Source: an uncultured Chloroflexia bacterium (GTDB taxonomy: Bacteria > Chloroflexota > Limnocylindria > Limnocylindrales > CSP1-4). Taken from it: DNA of 64,000 nt. Each line of letters opens with the position of its first letter. Position 1 is the first letter of the stretch. Shown piece after piece: positions 62,554 through 64,000 of the stretch. A model generated the notes under the pieces. That model made no database searches. It was not told the DNA's origin and saw nothing but the letters and a program-made list of their open reading frames with translations. Both the position numbers and the translations under genes were made by a program. The stretch lies in the NCBI GenBank assembly GCA_963813535.1, contig CAWEZH010000002.1, positions 1,664,001-1,728,000 of the forward strand, in the 5' to 3' direction.

Positions 62554-63555
62554 TCAGGTGGGTCGCGCGACCACCGGGGTACGGAGCGACCCAAGGCGGT
62601 CGACCCTCAGCACGACCTCGTCGCCTGGCAGCAGGTACCGCCCGAGCGTCTGGTCACGGACCTCGAGCAGGCATCCCGTGCCCACGGTGCCGGACCCGAG
62701 CAGCTCCCCGGGACGCAGCGTCACGTCGGAAGACGCCCTCGCCGCCAGCTCGGGGAAGCCATGGACGATGTCCGACCAGCGTCCACGGGACGTCTCGACA
62801 CCGTTGACGGTCACCGTCATCGCCAGATCGAAGCCGTGGCCGGCGCGGGCGTCCTCCAGCTCATCCGGTGTCACGAGCCATGGCCCGATGGAGCTCGCGA
62901 AATCCTTGCCCTTGGCGGGACCGAGCCGCAGGACCGTCTCGTCGCGTTGCAGGTCGCGGGCCGACCAATCGTTGAAGATCGTGTAACCGCCGATCGCGTC
63001 CTCGGCTCGGTCGGGCTGAAGATCGCGTGCCGGCGTATCGATCAGCGCGGCGATCTCGATCTCGAAATCGAGTTCCTGCGATCCCGCCGGCGCCCAGACC
63101 GGGTCCTCGGGCCCGCGCAACTCGGAGACGTTGGAGAAGTAGAAGATCGCCAATCGATACCAGGCCTCGGGGATCTCGGCGTCCCGGCGGCGCCACATCA
63201 TCCCGACGTGCTGTTCGAAGCCGTAACCGTCGCGCAGCGAGGGCGGCGCGAGCACGGGCGGCCCGAACGCCAGACTGGCGGCATCGAGGACCGCCGGGTC
63301 GTCCTCGTCCCGAGACTCGAACCCCTCCAGCAGTTCGCCATATGCCGCGACCCGGAGGCCGCGCCGGAGGCCATCGTCGAGCGTGCTGATCGGCTGTCGG
63401 AAGAGCCCGGCGTCGTGCTCGAGCTCCGGCCGCGCAACGATCGCCCGGCGGCGGGCGGGCTCGAGGTCCAGCCAGCGATCGTCCCCGAGTGCGGCGGCAA
63501 GCCGCCACTGGGCGCCGGCGGGGGCGTGGTGTTCGCGGACGTGGGCGAGCCGCAT
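62554..63555 (-). CDS. Fumarylacetoacetate hydrolase family protein
   Basis: FEQH, FYFSN, LDFEIE, NDWSARD, KGKDF, GSGT. Confidence 0.92.
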   Translation of the reverse strand: MRLAHVREHHAPAGAQWRLAAALGDDRWLDLEPARRRAIVARPELEHDAGLFRQPISTLDDGLRRGLRVAAYGELLEGFESRDEDDPAVLDAASLAFGPPVLAPPSLRDGYGFEQHVGMMWRRRDAEIPEAWYRLAIFYFSNVSELRGPEDPVWAPAGSQELDFEIEIAALIDTPARDLQPDRAEDAIGGYTIFNDWSARDLQRDETVLRLGPAKGKDFASSIGPWLVTPDELEDARAGHGFDLAMTVTVNGVETSRGRWSDIVHGFPELAARASSDVTLRPGELLGSGTVGTGCLLEVRDQTLGRYLLPGDEVVLRVDRLGSLRTPVVARPT

Positions 63556-63570
63556 CAGCGCGGCGTCCGA

Positions 63571-63999
63571 TCACCGACGGGAATAGCGCATCGGAAGGTG
63601 GCCGTCGAGGCGGAGGCGACCATCAGGCTCGATCGCCCAACCGGTCACCCCGGACAGTGCTTCCAGGTACTCCGCCTCGACCGCACTCGCCGGCCGCGGG
63701 CAGCCGATCTTGGTGGTCGCCAGAGGGCCGAGCGTGAGCGACGCGCCATCGCTCGAGTAGGTGCCGTGGAAGGTGTTGCATCCCGCGAATCCTGACACGG
63801 TGCCGTCCGCTCGGAATTCGATCGTCGGCAACAGATGCGCGAAGTCGGCCGTCGGACCCATCTCGGCGAGGTCCCAGCCGCCAACGAGGCCGGAGCTCGG
63901 GCTGCCCGAGGCCTCCGGCCCTTCCGGCGCGGCGACGATGTCTGCCGCTCCGCTGAGTTCGAGATCACCGTCGCCGGTGATCCGCCACGTCTGAGCCCC
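63571..63999 (-). CDS. META-domain protein (5'-truncated by the window edge; probably tandem META domains)
   Basis: GFAGCNTF, GPLATTKIGC, YLEAL. The frame is open to the window edge. Confidence 0.85.
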   Translation of the reverse strand, partial: GAQTWRITGDGDLELSGAADIVAAPEGPEASGSPSSGLVGGWDLAEMGPTADFAHLLPTIEFRADGTVSGFAGCNTFHGTYSSDGASLTLGPLATTKIGCPRPASAVEAEYLEALSGVTGWAIEPDGRLRLDGHLPMRYSRR

Positions 64000-64000
64000 G

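Overview
A gene-dense, high-GC bacterial chromosome segment. The gene style suggests Chloroflexota, possibly Limnocylindria/Ellin6529, but this is inference only. Core content: a branched-chain amino acid cluster (ilvB-ilvN-ilvC-leuA-leuB-cimA plus a stand-alone LeuA allosteric domain, divergent leuCD, ilvD), pheA, mscL, marR/fabD-fabF-fabF, copA, ogt, a CBS-flanked 2-oxoacid:ferredoxin oxidoreductase operon, and hmgA plus an FAH-family gene around a LuxR-STAND regulator. No rRNA, tRNA, CRISPR array or mobile element was recognised. Main highlights: (1) a candidate peptide/cyclic-nucleotide signalling locus at about 38.5-47.9 kb, made of an MFS-cNMP fusion, a 65-aa 'DVEGH' peptide, a cytoplasmic S8 protease coupled to a GAF protein, and a tandem-domain cyclase-STAND protein; (2) a Leu-rich leader-peptide attenuator upstream of ilvB; (3) a CopA with a C-terminal cupredoxin domain and a CsoR-like operator; (4) a recurrent leaderless-promoter signature. 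Three genes carry single-base frameshifts that are probably assembly errors.
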